A program made the position numbers and the translations under genes. The notes beneath the pieces are model-generated. The model saw only the letters and a program-made list of their open reading frames with translations. It did no database searches and had not been told where the DNA came from. Below, one piece after another: positions 54,534-63,305 of a DNA stretch of 63,305 nt (position 1 is its first letter; the number at the start of each line of letters is the position of its first letter). The stretch comes from an uncultured Pseudomonadota bacterium (GTDB lineage: Bacteria > Pseudomonadota > Alphaproteobacteria > RF32 > CAG-239): assembly GCA_902793695.1 (NCBI GenBank), contig CADBEI010000014.1:1-63305 (forward strand), in the 5' to 3' direction.

Positions 54534-56291
54534 ATGAACGAATATCGGACTCATACCTGCGGCGAACTGCGGGCGGAACATATCGGTCAAAAAGTTAAAC
54601 TGGCCGGCTGGATACATCGTAAACGTAATTTGGGAAATTTGTGCTTTATTGATTTGCGCGACCATTACGGTATCACCCAATGTGTTTTTGACAGCTCGTC
54701 CGATTTATTTGATAAGATTAAAGATCTCAGGGTTGAAAGTGTAATCGGTATTGTCGGCAAAGTGGCGGCGCGTGAAAGTGTCAACAAAAATATGCCGACC
54801 GGCGATATTGAAATCAAAGCCGAGGAAGTTATCGTATATTCCGCCGCTGATGTACTGCCGGTACAAGTTGTCGGCGAATGTAACGAGCCGGAAGAATTGC
54901 GCTTGAAATATCGCTTTTTGGATTTACGTCGCGAAAAAATCCACAACAACATTTTGTTGCGTTGTAAAGTAATTTCCGAAATGCGTCGTTTGATGCACGA
55001 GCAGGGATTTAATGAATATCAGACGCCGATTTTGACCGCGTCTTCGCCGGAAGGCGCACGTGACTTTCTGGTGCCGTCGCGCTTAAATCCGGGTAAGTTC
55101 TATGCTTTGCCGCAAGCCCCGCAACAATTTAAGCAATTGTTGATGGTTTCTGGTTTTGATAGATATTTCCAGATTGCTCCGTGTTTCCGTGATGAAGATC
55201 CTCGTGCCGATCGTTCGCCGGGCGAGTTTTATCAGCTTGATATGGAAATGTCTTTTGCTACTCAAGAAGATGTGTTTAAGGTTATTGAACATACCATGGG
55301 AACTGTTTTCAACGAATTTGCCAACGGTAAAACCGTGACACAGGCGCCGTTTATACGTATTCCGTTCCGCGAGGCTATGCTGAAATACGGCAGCGATAAG
55401 CCTGATTTGCGAAATCCGTTGATTATTGCTGATGCAACCGAGTTTTTCAATAATTCCGGTTTCGGTGTTTATGACGGAAAAGCGGCGGCAGGCGAGCAAA
55501 TCAGAGCCATTAAGGCTCCGAATGCCGGCAGTAAACCGCGTTCGTTCTTTGATAAGTTTGATGCTTATGCCAAAGAGCAGGGAATGGGCGGTATGGCCTA
55601 TGTGGCGTTTAATAACGGCGAGGCTAAAGGAATTGCCAAATTCTTCAGCACGGAAAAATTAGCCGAATTGAAACAAAAGTTTGATGTTAGCGACGGTGAT
55701 GCGGTGTTCTTTATGGGAGGAGCCAAAAAAGTTATCAACAAATTTGCCGGAACGGTACGCAATATGATTGGTGAAGCGCTGGATTTGTTTGATAAAAACT
55801 CATTTAAATTGTGTTGGATAGTGGATTTTCCGTTCTATGAAGAAAATGAAGAAACCGGCGCCGTGGAATTTTCGCACAACCCGTTTTCTATGCCGCAGGG
55901 CGGTTTGGAAGCACTTAATACCAAAAATCCGTTAGATATTTTGGCCTATCAATTCGATTTGGTCTGCAACGGGGTGGAATTGGCTTCGGGTGCGGTGCGC
56001 AATCATAGTCCGGAAATTATGTATCGCGCCTTTGAAATTGCCGGATACGACCATAGCGTGGTAGATAATAAGTTCGGCGGTTTAATCAGTGCCTTTAAAT
56101 TTGGCGCACCTCCGCACGCCGGCTGTGCTCCAGGGATTGATCGCACGGTGATGTTATTGTTGGATGAACCGATTATCCGCGATGTGATTTTGTTTCCGCT
56201 CAACGGTAAAGCACAGGATTTGATGATGCAAGCGCCGAATACGGCTACCGCAGAGCAATTAAAGGAATTGCATATTGAGATAAAACTTTGA
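54534..56291 (+). CDS. aspS: aspartate--tRNA ligase
   Basis: 'RTHTCGELR', '[16 protein letters not shown]', '[11 protein letters not shown]', 'HNPF', '[20 protein letters not shown]'. Confidence 0.96.
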   Translation: MNEYRTHTCGELRAEHIGQKVKLAGWIHRKRNLGNLCFIDLRDHYGITQCVFDSSSDLFDKIKDLRVESVIGIVGKVAARESVNKNMPTGDIEIKAEEVIVYSAADVLPVQVVGECNEPEELRLKYRFLDLRREKIHNNILLRCKVISEMRRLMHEQGFNEYQTPILTASSPEGARDFLVPSRLNPGKFYALPQAPQQFKQLLMVSGFDRYFQIAPCFRDEDPRADRSPGEFYQLDMEMSFATQEDVFKVIEHTMGTVFNEFANGKTVTQAPFIRIPFREAMLKYGSDKPDLRNPLIIADATEFFNNSGFGVYDGKAAAGEQIRAIKAPNAGSKPRSFFDKFDAYAKEQGMGGMAYVAFNNGEAKGIAKFFSTEKLAELKQKFDVSDGDAVFFMGGAKKVINKFAGTVRNMIGEALDLFDKNSFKLCWIVDFPFYEENEETGAVEFSHNPFSMPQGGLEALNTKNPLDILAYQFDLVCNGVELASGAVRNHSPEIMYRAFEIAGYDHSVVDNKFGGLISAFKFGAPPHAGCAPGIDRTVMLLLDEPIIRDVILFPLNGKAQDLMMQAPNTATAEQLKELHIEIKL

Positions 56292-56396
56292 TTTTTTGAG
56301 GTCGGCTGTTGACAGTCGGCCTTAAAAAATGTTGCAAAATAAATAAAAAGGGTTATTATCAAAAAAAAGTTTTTGACGCGTTCAAAGGAGAAAAAT

Positions 56397-57551
56397 ATGA
56401 AAAAAAGTTTATTATTCGCGTTTGTTATGCTGTTTTCGGCACAAGCTAACGCTTCGTTGCCGGAATTGATTGACGGAGTTAAGAATAACAATAAAGAGGC
56501 GGTTTTACAGCTGTTAAAAGCAGGGGAAAATGTTAATGCCGTAAATGAACAGGGCAATTCCGCTTTGCACTATGCCGTGGCTTTGAATAATGCCGAAATG
56601 GCAGAGATTCTGTTGCGTTACGGCGCCGATATGAATATCAGCAATGCACAAGGTTGGACTCCTTTGAAAATTGTGGAAAAAAAGAAAGTTGAAGATGTGG
56701 CAGCAGTTTTACACAATGCATTGGCGAAAAATTCTGTTCCTGTTCCGGTTTCGGCACCTGCGCCTGTTCCGGCGGTTGAAGCGGCACCTGCTCCTGTGGC
56801 ACCTGCGCCTGTTCCGGCGGTTGAAGCGGCACCTGCTCCTGTGGCCCCTGCACCTGTTCCGGCGGTTGAAGCGGCACCGGCATCAGTGGAAAACAGCAAT
56901 ATTACCAATGCGGAAACCGCTCGTTTATACGCGCTCATAGAAAGTGCAAAGACCGCTGTGGTTGAGGCTAAAAAACAACAGGAAGAACTTGCTTTGCAAA
57001 ATGAAAAATTACAAAAAACAACAGAATTATTGCAAATGCAAAACAATGTTTTAACTAATCGCCTTTTGAAATATGAGGAAGAAGAACGTGCCGCCGAAGA
57101 AGCTGCGGCAAAAGCTAAAAAAGAAGCTGAAGAAGCCGCCGAAAAGGCTAAAAAAGCCGCCGAAGAAGCAAAGGCAAAGGCAGCGGCGCGCAAAGCCGAG
57201 TTAGAGAAAAACGCTCCGAAACCGGTAATAAAAAAACCGGTGTTCAAACCGCGTAAATCTGACCTTAACAGCAATATTTATGCCGGCGATGAAGAAATTG
57301 TTTATTGCTTGAGTTATCTTGGTAACGGTGAAAATACCGGAATGCGCAATGCCGCCGGTTTTTTTGCCGCTTCTGCCGGAATTAACGAGGCACGTTATAA
57401 TCAAATTGTACAAATGTCTGATTCGTTCTTCAATCAATCTGCACCTGAAAGTTTGCAAAAACGCAGTGATGATTGTGCCAAAATCATTACCCCGACGGAT
57501 ATAAATAAGCAAAATCAGATTATTCGCAGTTTAAACAACTCAATCAGATAA
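56397..57551 (+). CDS. secreted ankyrin-repeat protein with Pro/Ala tandem repeats and a coiled coil
   Basis: Signal peptide MKKSLLFAFVMLFSAQANA. ANK repeats ('GNSALHYAVALNNAEMAEILLRYGADMN'). About 2.8 copies of 'APAPVPAVEAAPAPV' (see the repeat feature at 56754..56882). E/A/K coiled coil. Confidence 0.85.
   Translation: MKKSLLFAFVMLFSAQANASLPELIDGVKNNNKEAVLQLLKAGENVNAVNEQGNSALHYAVALNNAEMAEILLRYGADMNISNAQGWTPLKIVEKKKVEDVAAVLHNALAKNSVPVPVSAPAPVPAVEAAPAPVAPAPVPAVEAAPAPVAPAPVPAVEAAPASVENSNITNAETARLYALIESAKTAVVEAKKQQEELALQNEKLQKTTELLQMQNNVLTNRLLKYEEEERAAEEAAAKAKKEAEEAAEKAKKAAEEAKAKAAARKAELEKNAPKPVIKKPVFKPRKSDLNSNIYAGDEEIVYCLSYLGNGENTGMRNAAGFFAASAGINEARYNQIVQMSDSFFNQSAPESLQKRSDDCAKIITPTDINKQNQIIRSLNNSIR
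56754..56882 (+). repeat. 45-bp in-frame tandem repeat, about 2.8 copies
   Basis: The unit gcacctgcgcctgttccggcggttgaagcggcacctgctcctgtg is repeated at 56754, 56799 and 56844. Confidence 0.9.
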
Positions 57552-57583
57552 AAATAAACATATTCCTATATAAAAAACTTCCG

Positions 57584-57616
57584 GATTTATTTCGGAAGTT
57601 TTTTATTTTTTTGGGC
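57584..57616 (+). terminator. intrinsic terminator
   Basis: 10-bp stem aaaacttccg/cggaagtttt followed by a T-run. Confidence 0.75.
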
Positions 57617-57716
57617 ACTTTTACAGGTGGATAAAACTTAAAAAAAACTTCCTATTTTATGCCGTGTTTGCTATATTTAATCAGTTTTATTTATAAGTAA
57701 ATTGAAGAGGTATGAA

Positions 57717-60536
57717 GTGACTGAAGAAATTCAAGAAACACAGGAAGTTAGTGTGGTTAAAACCGATAATATCGCCCCGACCATGATTTCGGAAGAAATG
57801 CGCCGCAGCTATTTGGATTATGCCATGAGCGTAATCGTTTCGCGTGCGTTGCCGGATGCGCGTGACGGTATGAAGCCGGTGCATCGCCGTATTATTTACG
57901 GAATGTATGAAAACGGCTATGATTCAACCAAACCTTATCGTAAATCGGCGCGTATCGTCGGCGATGTTATGGGTAAATATCACCCGCACGGCGACAGTTC
58001 CATTTATGAAGCAATGGTGCGTATGGCACAACCGTTTTCTATGCGGGTGACGCTGGTTGACGGACAGGGTAACTTCGGCTCGATGGATGGCGACGGTGCG
58101 GCGGCCATGCGTTATACCGAGGCGCGTTTGGCTAAGGTTTCCGCTTGTTTGACCGACAACTTGGATGAAGATACCGTTGACTTTATGCCGAACTATGACG
58201 AATCTTTGCAAGAACCGACGGTGTTGCCGGCACGTTTCCCTAATTTATTGGTAAACGGCGGCAGCGGTATTGCCGTAGGTATGGCTACCAATATTCCGCC
58301 ACATAATTTGGGCGAAGTAATCGACGCTTGTTGCGCTTATATTGATAATCCGGAAATCAGCGTGGAAGAGTTAATCAGCATTGTTCCTGGGCCGGATTTT
58401 CCGACCGGCGGTCTGATTTTGGGTTACGGCGGTGCCAAACAGGCATATTTGACCGGCCGCGGCTCAATTATGATGCGCGCCAAATGCTCGATTGAAGAAA
58501 TTCGCAAAGATAAAGAAGCTATTATCGTGCACGAAGTGCCGTATCAGGTAAACAAAGCCAACTTGGTGGCGCATATTGCCGAACTGGTGAAAGACAAGCG
58601 CATTGAGGGAATCTCCGATATCCGTGATGAGTCCGACCGTCAGGGTGTGCGCATCGTGATTGAGATCAAACGCGATTTTCAAGCCGATGTGATTTTGAAT
58701 CAGCTTTATAAATACACCGAATTGCAAACCAGTTTCGGTATGAATATGCTTGCCATCAACGGCGGTCGTCCGATGATGATGAATCTGCGCGATATTATCT
58801 CCACCTTTATCGAGTTTCGCGAAGAAGTAATTCGTCGTCGCACTGTGTTCCGCTTGAATAAAGCTCGCAACCGCGCGCACGTTTTGGTTGGTTTGGCAAT
58901 TGCCGTGGAAAATCTCGATCCGGTGATTGAATTGATTAAAAACGCACCGACGCCGCAAGACGCTCGTGAACAATTGGTCAGCCGCGAATGGCCGGCCGGT
59001 ACAATTGAAGACTGGGTTAAATTGATTGATGAGCCGGACAGAAAGGTTGAAAACGGTGTTTACAGAATGTCGGAAGACCAAGCTCGCGCGATTTTGGATT
59101 TGAAATTGCAACGCTTGACCGGTTTGGAACGCGATAAAATTCACGAAGAATTGGTGGATTTGGGTGCGGCAATCAAAGAGTTTCTGTCGATTCTTTCAAG
59201 CCGTGAAAAACTTTACGGCATTATGCGTGACGAGTTGGTGGCGGTTAAAGATGAATACGCCACTCCGCGTATGACCGAAATTCAAGACATTGAATATAAT
59301 CAGGATATTGAATCGCTGATTCAGCGTGAAGAAATGGTAGTTACCGTGACCGAAGAAGGTTATATCAAACGCGTACCGCTGAACGCTTATAAAGCGCAAA
59401 AACGCGGCGGTAAGGGTAAATCAGGTATGACCACCAAAGACGAGGATTTTGTGACGCGTCTGTTTGTAGCCAGTACACACACCCCGGTATTGTTCTTTTC
59501 CAGCCGCGGTATTGTGTATAAGATGAAGGTTTATAAATTGCCGCTCGGTTCGCCGACTTCAAAAGGTAAGCCGTTCATCAATTTGTTGCCGTTGCAAAAT
59601 GGCGAAAACATTACCGCCATTATGAAATTGCCGGAGAATGAGGAAGAGTGCAAGGGTGTTTCGATTGCTTTTGCTACCGCCAGCGGTAACATTCGTCGCA
59701 ACAGCCTGATGGACTTTGTCAACGTTCAATCTAACGGTAAGATTGCAATGAAACTTGACGAAGGCGATAAGCTGATTAATGTTGCCATGTGTGATGAAAA
59801 CAACGATATTATGTTGGCAACGCGCCAAGGTAAATGTATTCGCTTCCCTGTAACCGATGTCCGCGTGTTTGTCGGCCGTAACTCCACCGGCGTGCGCGGT
59901 ATTAAGTTGGCAAAGGGCGATGAAGTTATCTCAATGACCATGCTTAAGCATATTAAAGCCCCGATTGAAGAACGCGATGAGTATTTGAAAGTCTCCGGTG
60001 CCATGAAACGCATTGATGCCGAAAGTGGCGAAACCAGCTGCATTACGGCTGATCAGACCGGCTTATTGAACCTGCTCAGCTTGGAGAAGTTTGAAGAAAT
60101 GCAAAAGATGGAAGAATTCATCTTAACCGTGACCGTAACCGGCTACGGCAAGCGTTCTTCTTCGTATGAATATCGCGTGACCGGTCGTGGCGGTTCGGGT
60201 ATTGCCAATATGGAAATGTCGCCGCGCAATAAGGAAGTTGTCAGCTCGTTCCCGATTACCGAAGATAAGGATATTATGATGGTAACCGACGGCGGTAAGC
60301 TTATCAGAATGCCGGTTGATGACATTCGTATTGCCGGTCGTAAGACGCAGGGCGTGATTTTGTTCCGTACTGCCGAAAATGAGAACGTTGTTTCGGTAAC
60401 CAAACTTGATGCCGATGAAGGTACCGACGAGGAAATCGATGAGGAGAACGACAACGTGATTGATACCGAGGCCGAGAATGCGGAAATCGCAGCCGAGGCA
60501 ATCAGCGAGCCGCGTACCGACGAGGCCGACGCCTAA
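57717..60536 (+). CDS. gyrA: DNA gyrase subunit A
   Basis: '[28 protein letters not shown]', '[11 protein letters not shown]', '[22 protein letters not shown]'. The GTG at 57717 follows gaagagg by 6 nt. The TTG at 57702 is an alternative start. Confidence 0.96.
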   Translation: MTEEIQETQEVSVVKTDNIAPTMISEEMRRSYLDYAMSVIVSRALPDARDGMKPVHRRIIYGMYENGYDSTKPYRKSARIVGDVMGKYHPHGDSSIYEAMVRMAQPFSMRVTLVDGQGNFGSMDGDGAAAMRYTEARLAKVSACLTDNLDEDTVDFMPNYDESLQEPTVLPARFPNLLVNGGSGIAVGMATNIPPHNLGEVIDACCAYIDNPEISVEELISIVPGPDFPTGGLILGYGGAKQAYLTGRGSIMMRAKCSIEEIRKDKEAIIVHEVPYQVNKANLVAHIAELVKDKRIEGISDIRDESDRQGVRIVIEIKRDFQADVILNQLYKYTELQTSFGMNMLAINGGRPMMMNLRDIISTFIEFREEVIRRRTVFRLNKARNRAHVLVGLAIAVENLDPVIELIKNAPTPQDAREQLVSREWPAGTIEDWVKLIDEPDRKVENGVYRMSEDQARAILDLKLQRLTGLERDKIHEELVDLGAAIKEFLSILSSREKLYGIMRDELVAVKDEYATPRMTEIQDIEYNQDIESLIQREEMVVTVTEEGYIKRVPLNAYKAQKRGGKGKSGMTTKDEDFVTRLFVASTHTPVLFFSSRGIVYKMKVYKLPLGSPTSKGKPFINLLPLQNGENITAIMKLPENEEECKGVSIAFATASGNIRRNSLMDFVNVQSNGKIAMKLDEGDKLINVAMCDENNDIMLATRQGKCIRFPVTDVRVFVGRNSTGVRGIKLAKGDEVISMTMLKHIKAPIEERDEYLKVSGAMKRIDAESGETSCITADQTGLLNLLSLEKFEEMQKMEEFILTVTVTGYGKRSSSYEYRVTGRGGSGIANMEMSPRNKEVVSSFPITEDKDIMMVTDGGKLIRMPVDDIRIAGRKTQGVILFRTAENENVVSVTKLDADEGTDEEIDEENDNVIDTEAENAEIAAEAISEPRTDEADA

Positions 60537-60560
60537 AAACGGCTGAAATTAATTCATAAG

Positions 60561-60595
60561 GCGCCTTGCACCTCAAAAGTGCAGGGCGTTTGTGT
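60561..60595 (+). terminator. intrinsic terminator after gyrA
   Basis: 10-bp stem cgccttgcac/gtgcagggcg followed by tttgtgt. Confidence 0.7.
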
Positions 60596-60722
60596 ATAGA
60601 TGATATTAAGGGCAGAGCTTTTCAGGCGTTCCTCCCTATAAATCAATACCTGTTAAGGATAATCCTTTGTTGACTTTCACAATATATAATTTATTATAAT
60701 TACAATTTTAGGGAGCATTAAA

Positions 60723-61169
60723 ATGAAAAAGTTGGTTTTGATTTTAGGACTAGTATTGAGTTTAGGCGCAAATGCTCGGGCAGATGATAATGTAAATAAA
60801 CAAGAGTTTGTTAATCCGATTTTTTATCAACCGTTAGAACCATTGAGTAGCACTGTGGGGTGGACTTATTTGACACCTAAAACAATTGATTTTAGAACAC
60901 CATTAGATAAAAATCTTGTTGATAGCACAGGGGAATGTGAACTTGTTGAAAATAAACAAGACCACATTACCCTGTTGTGCGATGTTACATGGCGTAACGA
61001 AAAAAAGAAAGAATATTACACATATGTAATAAAAGGTTTATTTATGCCAGATTGCCTACGCATATTAGAATACAATTATCGAAAAATAGAAGATTTTTCC
61101 GAAAATGAAATGCATGCAGCAAAATACTGTGTTACTCCTCCTGATTACGTTCCGTCAGAATCGGATTGA
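60723..61169 (+). CDS. small secreted Cys-containing protein, putative immunity protein (copy 1)
   Basis: Signal peptide MKKLVLILGLVLSLGANA. Paralogous to 61945..62400 ('NPIFYQPLEP' vs 'NPLFYRPLEA'; 'ELVENKQDHITLLCDV' vs 'NLIENEHDHVKYDCYV'). Its 3' end overlaps the toxin-like gene. Confidence 0.6.
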   Translation: MKKLVLILGLVLSLGANARADDNVNKQEFVNPIFYQPLEPLSSTVGWTYLTPKTIDFRTPLDKNLVDSTGECELVENKQDHITLLCDVTWRNEKKKEYYTYVIKGLFMPDCLRILEYNYRKIEDFSENEMHAAKYCVTPPDYVPSESD

Positions 61170-61894
61170 GCGCGCCGTATCTCTTGTCCAATTATTACGT
61201 CTTTGAGCCACATCCCTACGATTGACATTTTCAACAATGCCGTTGACATCGCGGTTTCTGATTGCACGGTATAAGTTTGGCCAATTATGCCTATTTACTC
61301 CCCCTTTGACATTATACTGAATATCTAATAAAATTTCTTTCAATGGTAATGGAAAATTATCAAAATCAGAAAATTCTCCACGCAAATGCGCTAAATCATT
61401 ATTCATGTGATTTTGGGCTAAACCGCGTGCTTCAGCATCAGATATGCGAATGTTTGTATAGGGCACAAAATTCTCTGCTGTTGTATTCCTATTAACATAA
61501 TTTCCATTAGCATCTTTTTCATCACTAAGTTGACGCATACGATTATATGCTTCTCGTTTCTGCGCCTCTGTCGCCGGAACAATTTTCTGTGTGGTTGTCT
61601 GGAATTCTGTTACTTTCGGCTTTGGTGACGGAATAGGGATAAGTGGAACATTGTGCACTTGGTTATCGGATTTTTCTGTTTCCGGTAATTTCAAAAATTG
61701 CACCGGAGTATCAGTTGTCATATTACCTTGTTCAGTGATATAACTTCCTTCGGGTATTTTCTTATCTTTGTTTGCATTTTCCGGCAAAATGCCGCTGACA
61801 TCTATAATCATCGGCTTATCGGCATATCTTTCCGGTTTATACGGTTCAGCCCAGCATCGACAGTTATAATCTTCCCCCGGATGCCCGTCGGTTT
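61155..61894 (-). CDS. orphan toxin C-terminal cassette, degenerate T4-lysozyme-like
   Basis: The frame is open from the stop at 61895-61897. It encodes 'KTDGHPGEDYNCRCWAEPYKPERYADKPMIIDVSG' with no ATG before 61811. The C-lobe 'ILLDIQYNVKGGVN...' is homologous to 62387..63305. The N-lobe catalytic motif is degraded. Confidence 0.55.
61812..61894 (-). repeat. conserved pre-toxin junction, copy 1
   Basis: By eye about 80-85% nucleotide identity to 63221..63305. Both encode YNCRCWAEPYKPERY..KP.I.DVSG. Confidence 0.8.
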
Positions 61895-61944
61895 TTTATT
61901 GTATTTTAACGAAACTATGCTATATAAACTCCAGAGGTATAAAA

Positions 61945-62400
61945 ATGAAAAAGTTGGTGTTGATTTTAGGAGTGTTTGCGGTGATTGCAGGTTCAGTTGC
62001 TGCATATTTCGCTTACAATAAGCCTAAAATCATTCTACCAAAGCCGATAGAACAAGGATTCAAAAATCCTTTATTCTATCGACCGCTTGAAGCTTACGGT
62101 CGTACTTCATGGCATACTTTTTTAACACCCTACAGTATTACTTTAACCCCGCCTTTTGATGAAGCAAAAAAAACATCTAAGGTTATCGCTGAATCATACT
62201 CATGTAATCTAATTGAAAATGAACATGACCACGTTAAATATGACTGCTACGTATGTGCAGAATTTATAACCTATCAACCTTGTCACCGCGAATGTCAGAA
62301 TTTTATTGTAAAGCGCTACGATGAATACGGTAAAGGTTATATAATCAAGAAAGATGACTGCACGGGCAACTTAGAACACTTTATTATTAAAATGAACTAA
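61945..62400 (+). CDS. small membrane-anchored/secreted Cys-rich protein, putative immunity protein (copy 2)
   Basis: The first 27 nt are nearly identical to 60723 (atgaaaaagttggtNttgattttagga). Its 3' end overlaps the toxin gene by 14 nt. Confidence 0.6.
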   Translation: MKKLVLILGVFAVIAGSVAAYFAYNKPKIILPKPIEQGFKNPLFYRPLEAYGRTSWHTFLTPYSITLTPPFDEAKKTSKVIAESYSCNLIENEHDHVKYDCYVCAEFITYQPCHRECQNFIVKRYDEYGKGYIIKKDDCTGNLEHFIIKMN

Positions 62401-63305
62401 CCATATTTTCGTATGCTCTTAAAATTCTTTCTGCAGTTTTAACATTTCTGTCGTTGTCCACGTCTTTCCTGTGAGACTGTTTTAACATTTCAGTAAAATA
62501 CTCCTTATTGTGTGTTTGCATAAAGCCATCGTATGCATCAATGAATTTACCAAAAGAGTTTATTCCACCTCTCACATTATATTGAATATCAAATGCAGCT
62601 TCCTTAAAACTTAATGGCTGATTATCAAAGTCGGTAAAGGTTCTTTTTAGTACATCATAATCATTCTGCAAGTGTGTAAAGGTGTGGTAATCAACCTCTT
62701 TTTGGCTTATCCTTATATTGGTATATTTAGTATAATAACCGGCAGTATAATTAAATGGTCCATGGTCTTTCTTCTTACTTTCCGGCCATCTCGCATATTC
62801 TAATGGGTGCTCGCGTTTAAACTTTTGCACTTCATCATATTCTTTTTTTAATCTTTCTCGTTGTCTTCCAAGTTCATCATACATAGCTTTGACTTCATCT
62901 TCGGTTGCCGGTCTGTTTCCTATCATCCAATTTACGGATTTGAATTGTTCCCAGCGGTTGATATTATTACCTCTGCCTGTTGTAATTAGTCCTTTAGAAT
63001 CAAGATAAGGATGTCTTTTCTCATCTTCAGATTCCACAATTACGTCAGCCATATGTCGCAGCAACTTTTCCTCTTCAGGTGAGCGGAATTTTACTTCGCG
63101 ATGTGTGTATGCAGAATTTGAAGTATACGCAGCATCGCTTGCCACATTTGCCTTATCATTGGCGGCATATTGTGGAAAGTTTTTGTTGTTTAAATCAACC
63201 GGTTTTAACTCCTTAAACATATCAAGTCCGCTGACGTCTACAATTACCGGCTTATTCTTATATCTTTCCGGTTTATATGGCTCCGCCCAGCACCGACAAT
63301 TATAA
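62387..63305 (-). CDS. T4-lysozyme-like (GH24-type) toxin C-terminus of a larger protein continuing beyond the window
   Basis: 'ESEDEKRHPYLDSKGLITTGRG' has Glu/Asp/Thr with the same spacing as T4 lysozyme E11/D20/T26. C-lobe 'AAFDIQYNVRGGINSF...RNVKTAERILRAY'. The frame is open through 63305 and encodes YNCRCWAEPYKPERYKNKPVIVDVSG. Confidence 0.7.
   Translation of the reverse strand, partial: YNCRCWAEPYKPERYKNKPVIVDVSGLDMFKELKPVDLNNKNFPQYAANDKANVASDAAYTSNSAYTHREVKFRSPEEEKLLRHMADVIVESEDEKRHPYLDSKGLITTGRGNNINRWEQFKSVNWMIGNRPATEDEVKAMYDELGRQRERLKKEYDEVQKFKREHPLEYARWPESKKKDHGPFNYTAGYYTKYTNIRISQKEVDYHTFTHLQNDYDVLKRTFTDFDNQPLSFKEAAFDIQYNVRGGINSFGKFIDAYDGFMQTHNKEYFTEMLKQSHRKDVDNDRNVKTAERILRAYENMVSSF
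63221..63305 (-). repeat. conserved pre-toxin junction, copy 2
   Basis: See 61812..61894. Confidence 0.8.

Noticed and set aside
56754-56882. Regular 45-bp direct repeats that could be mistaken for a small CRISPR-like array.
   Set aside because: The repeats are contiguous with no spacers. They are in frame inside a long ORF and encode a Pro/Ala peptide repeat.
57625-57640. DnaA-box-like 'ggtggataa' (8/9 match to TGTGGATAA) upstream of gyrA, which could hint at oriC.
   Set aside because: It is a single imperfect box. There is no cluster of boxes, no AT-rich 13-mers and no dnaA/dnaN nearby.
57702-57716. TTG at 57702 as the gyrA start, as given in the ORF track.
   Set aside because: No Shine-Dalgarno sequence lies upstream of it. 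The GTG at 57717 lies 6 nt after gaagagg. The difference is only 5 codons, and either remains possible.

Overview
This 63.3-kb chromosomal window comes from a Gram-negative bacterium, most likely an alphaproteobacterium. That guess rests on the S9 N-terminal extension '[17 protein letters not shown]', the PheA ACT motif 'PAALYKVLGGFATNGINISKLESY' and the yebC-ruvC pair, and is inference only. Most of the window is housekeeping: mlaA/mlaC, ftsH, yebC, ruvC, an SNF transporter, ppiA, dsbD-like genes, an M16 peptidase, elbB, gltX, sdaA, rnhA, tadA, rluB, rsmD, yqgE, hemW, skp-like, uvrD, rplM-rpsI, rnd, aspS and gyrA. I saw no rRNA, tRNA, CRISPR array or transposase.

Second-look regions:
1. **60.7-63.3 kb.** An AT-rich locus after gyrA holds two T4-lysozyme-like toxin C-termini. 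Both sit behind a shared 'YNCRCWAEPYKPERY..KP.I.DVSG' junction. One is open to the window edge and the other is an orphan with no start codon. Each converges on, and overlaps, a small paralogous secreted immunity-like gene.
2. **10.65-12.65 kb.** A hairpin-rich RNA element of about 270 nt has its own promoter and terminator. It lies directly upstream of a two-gene AT-rich islet of unknown function.
3. **22.96-24.03 kb.** An AlbA_2/Schlafen-like gene overlaps the rnhA start codon.
4. **38.3-45.8 kb.** A MoxR(P-loop-less)-DUF58-TPR-LemA-2xDUF2207-rhodanese cluster.
5. **Eroded conserved genes.** S9 has lost a conserved segment of about 14 aa. MoxR lacks Walker A. PheA is frameshifted and shortened. 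A DEAD-box protein is reduced to a degenerate N-domain. A DsbD paralogue lacks one membrane cysteine.

All calls come from reading the ORF translations and the DNA by eye. No database search or folding program was run.
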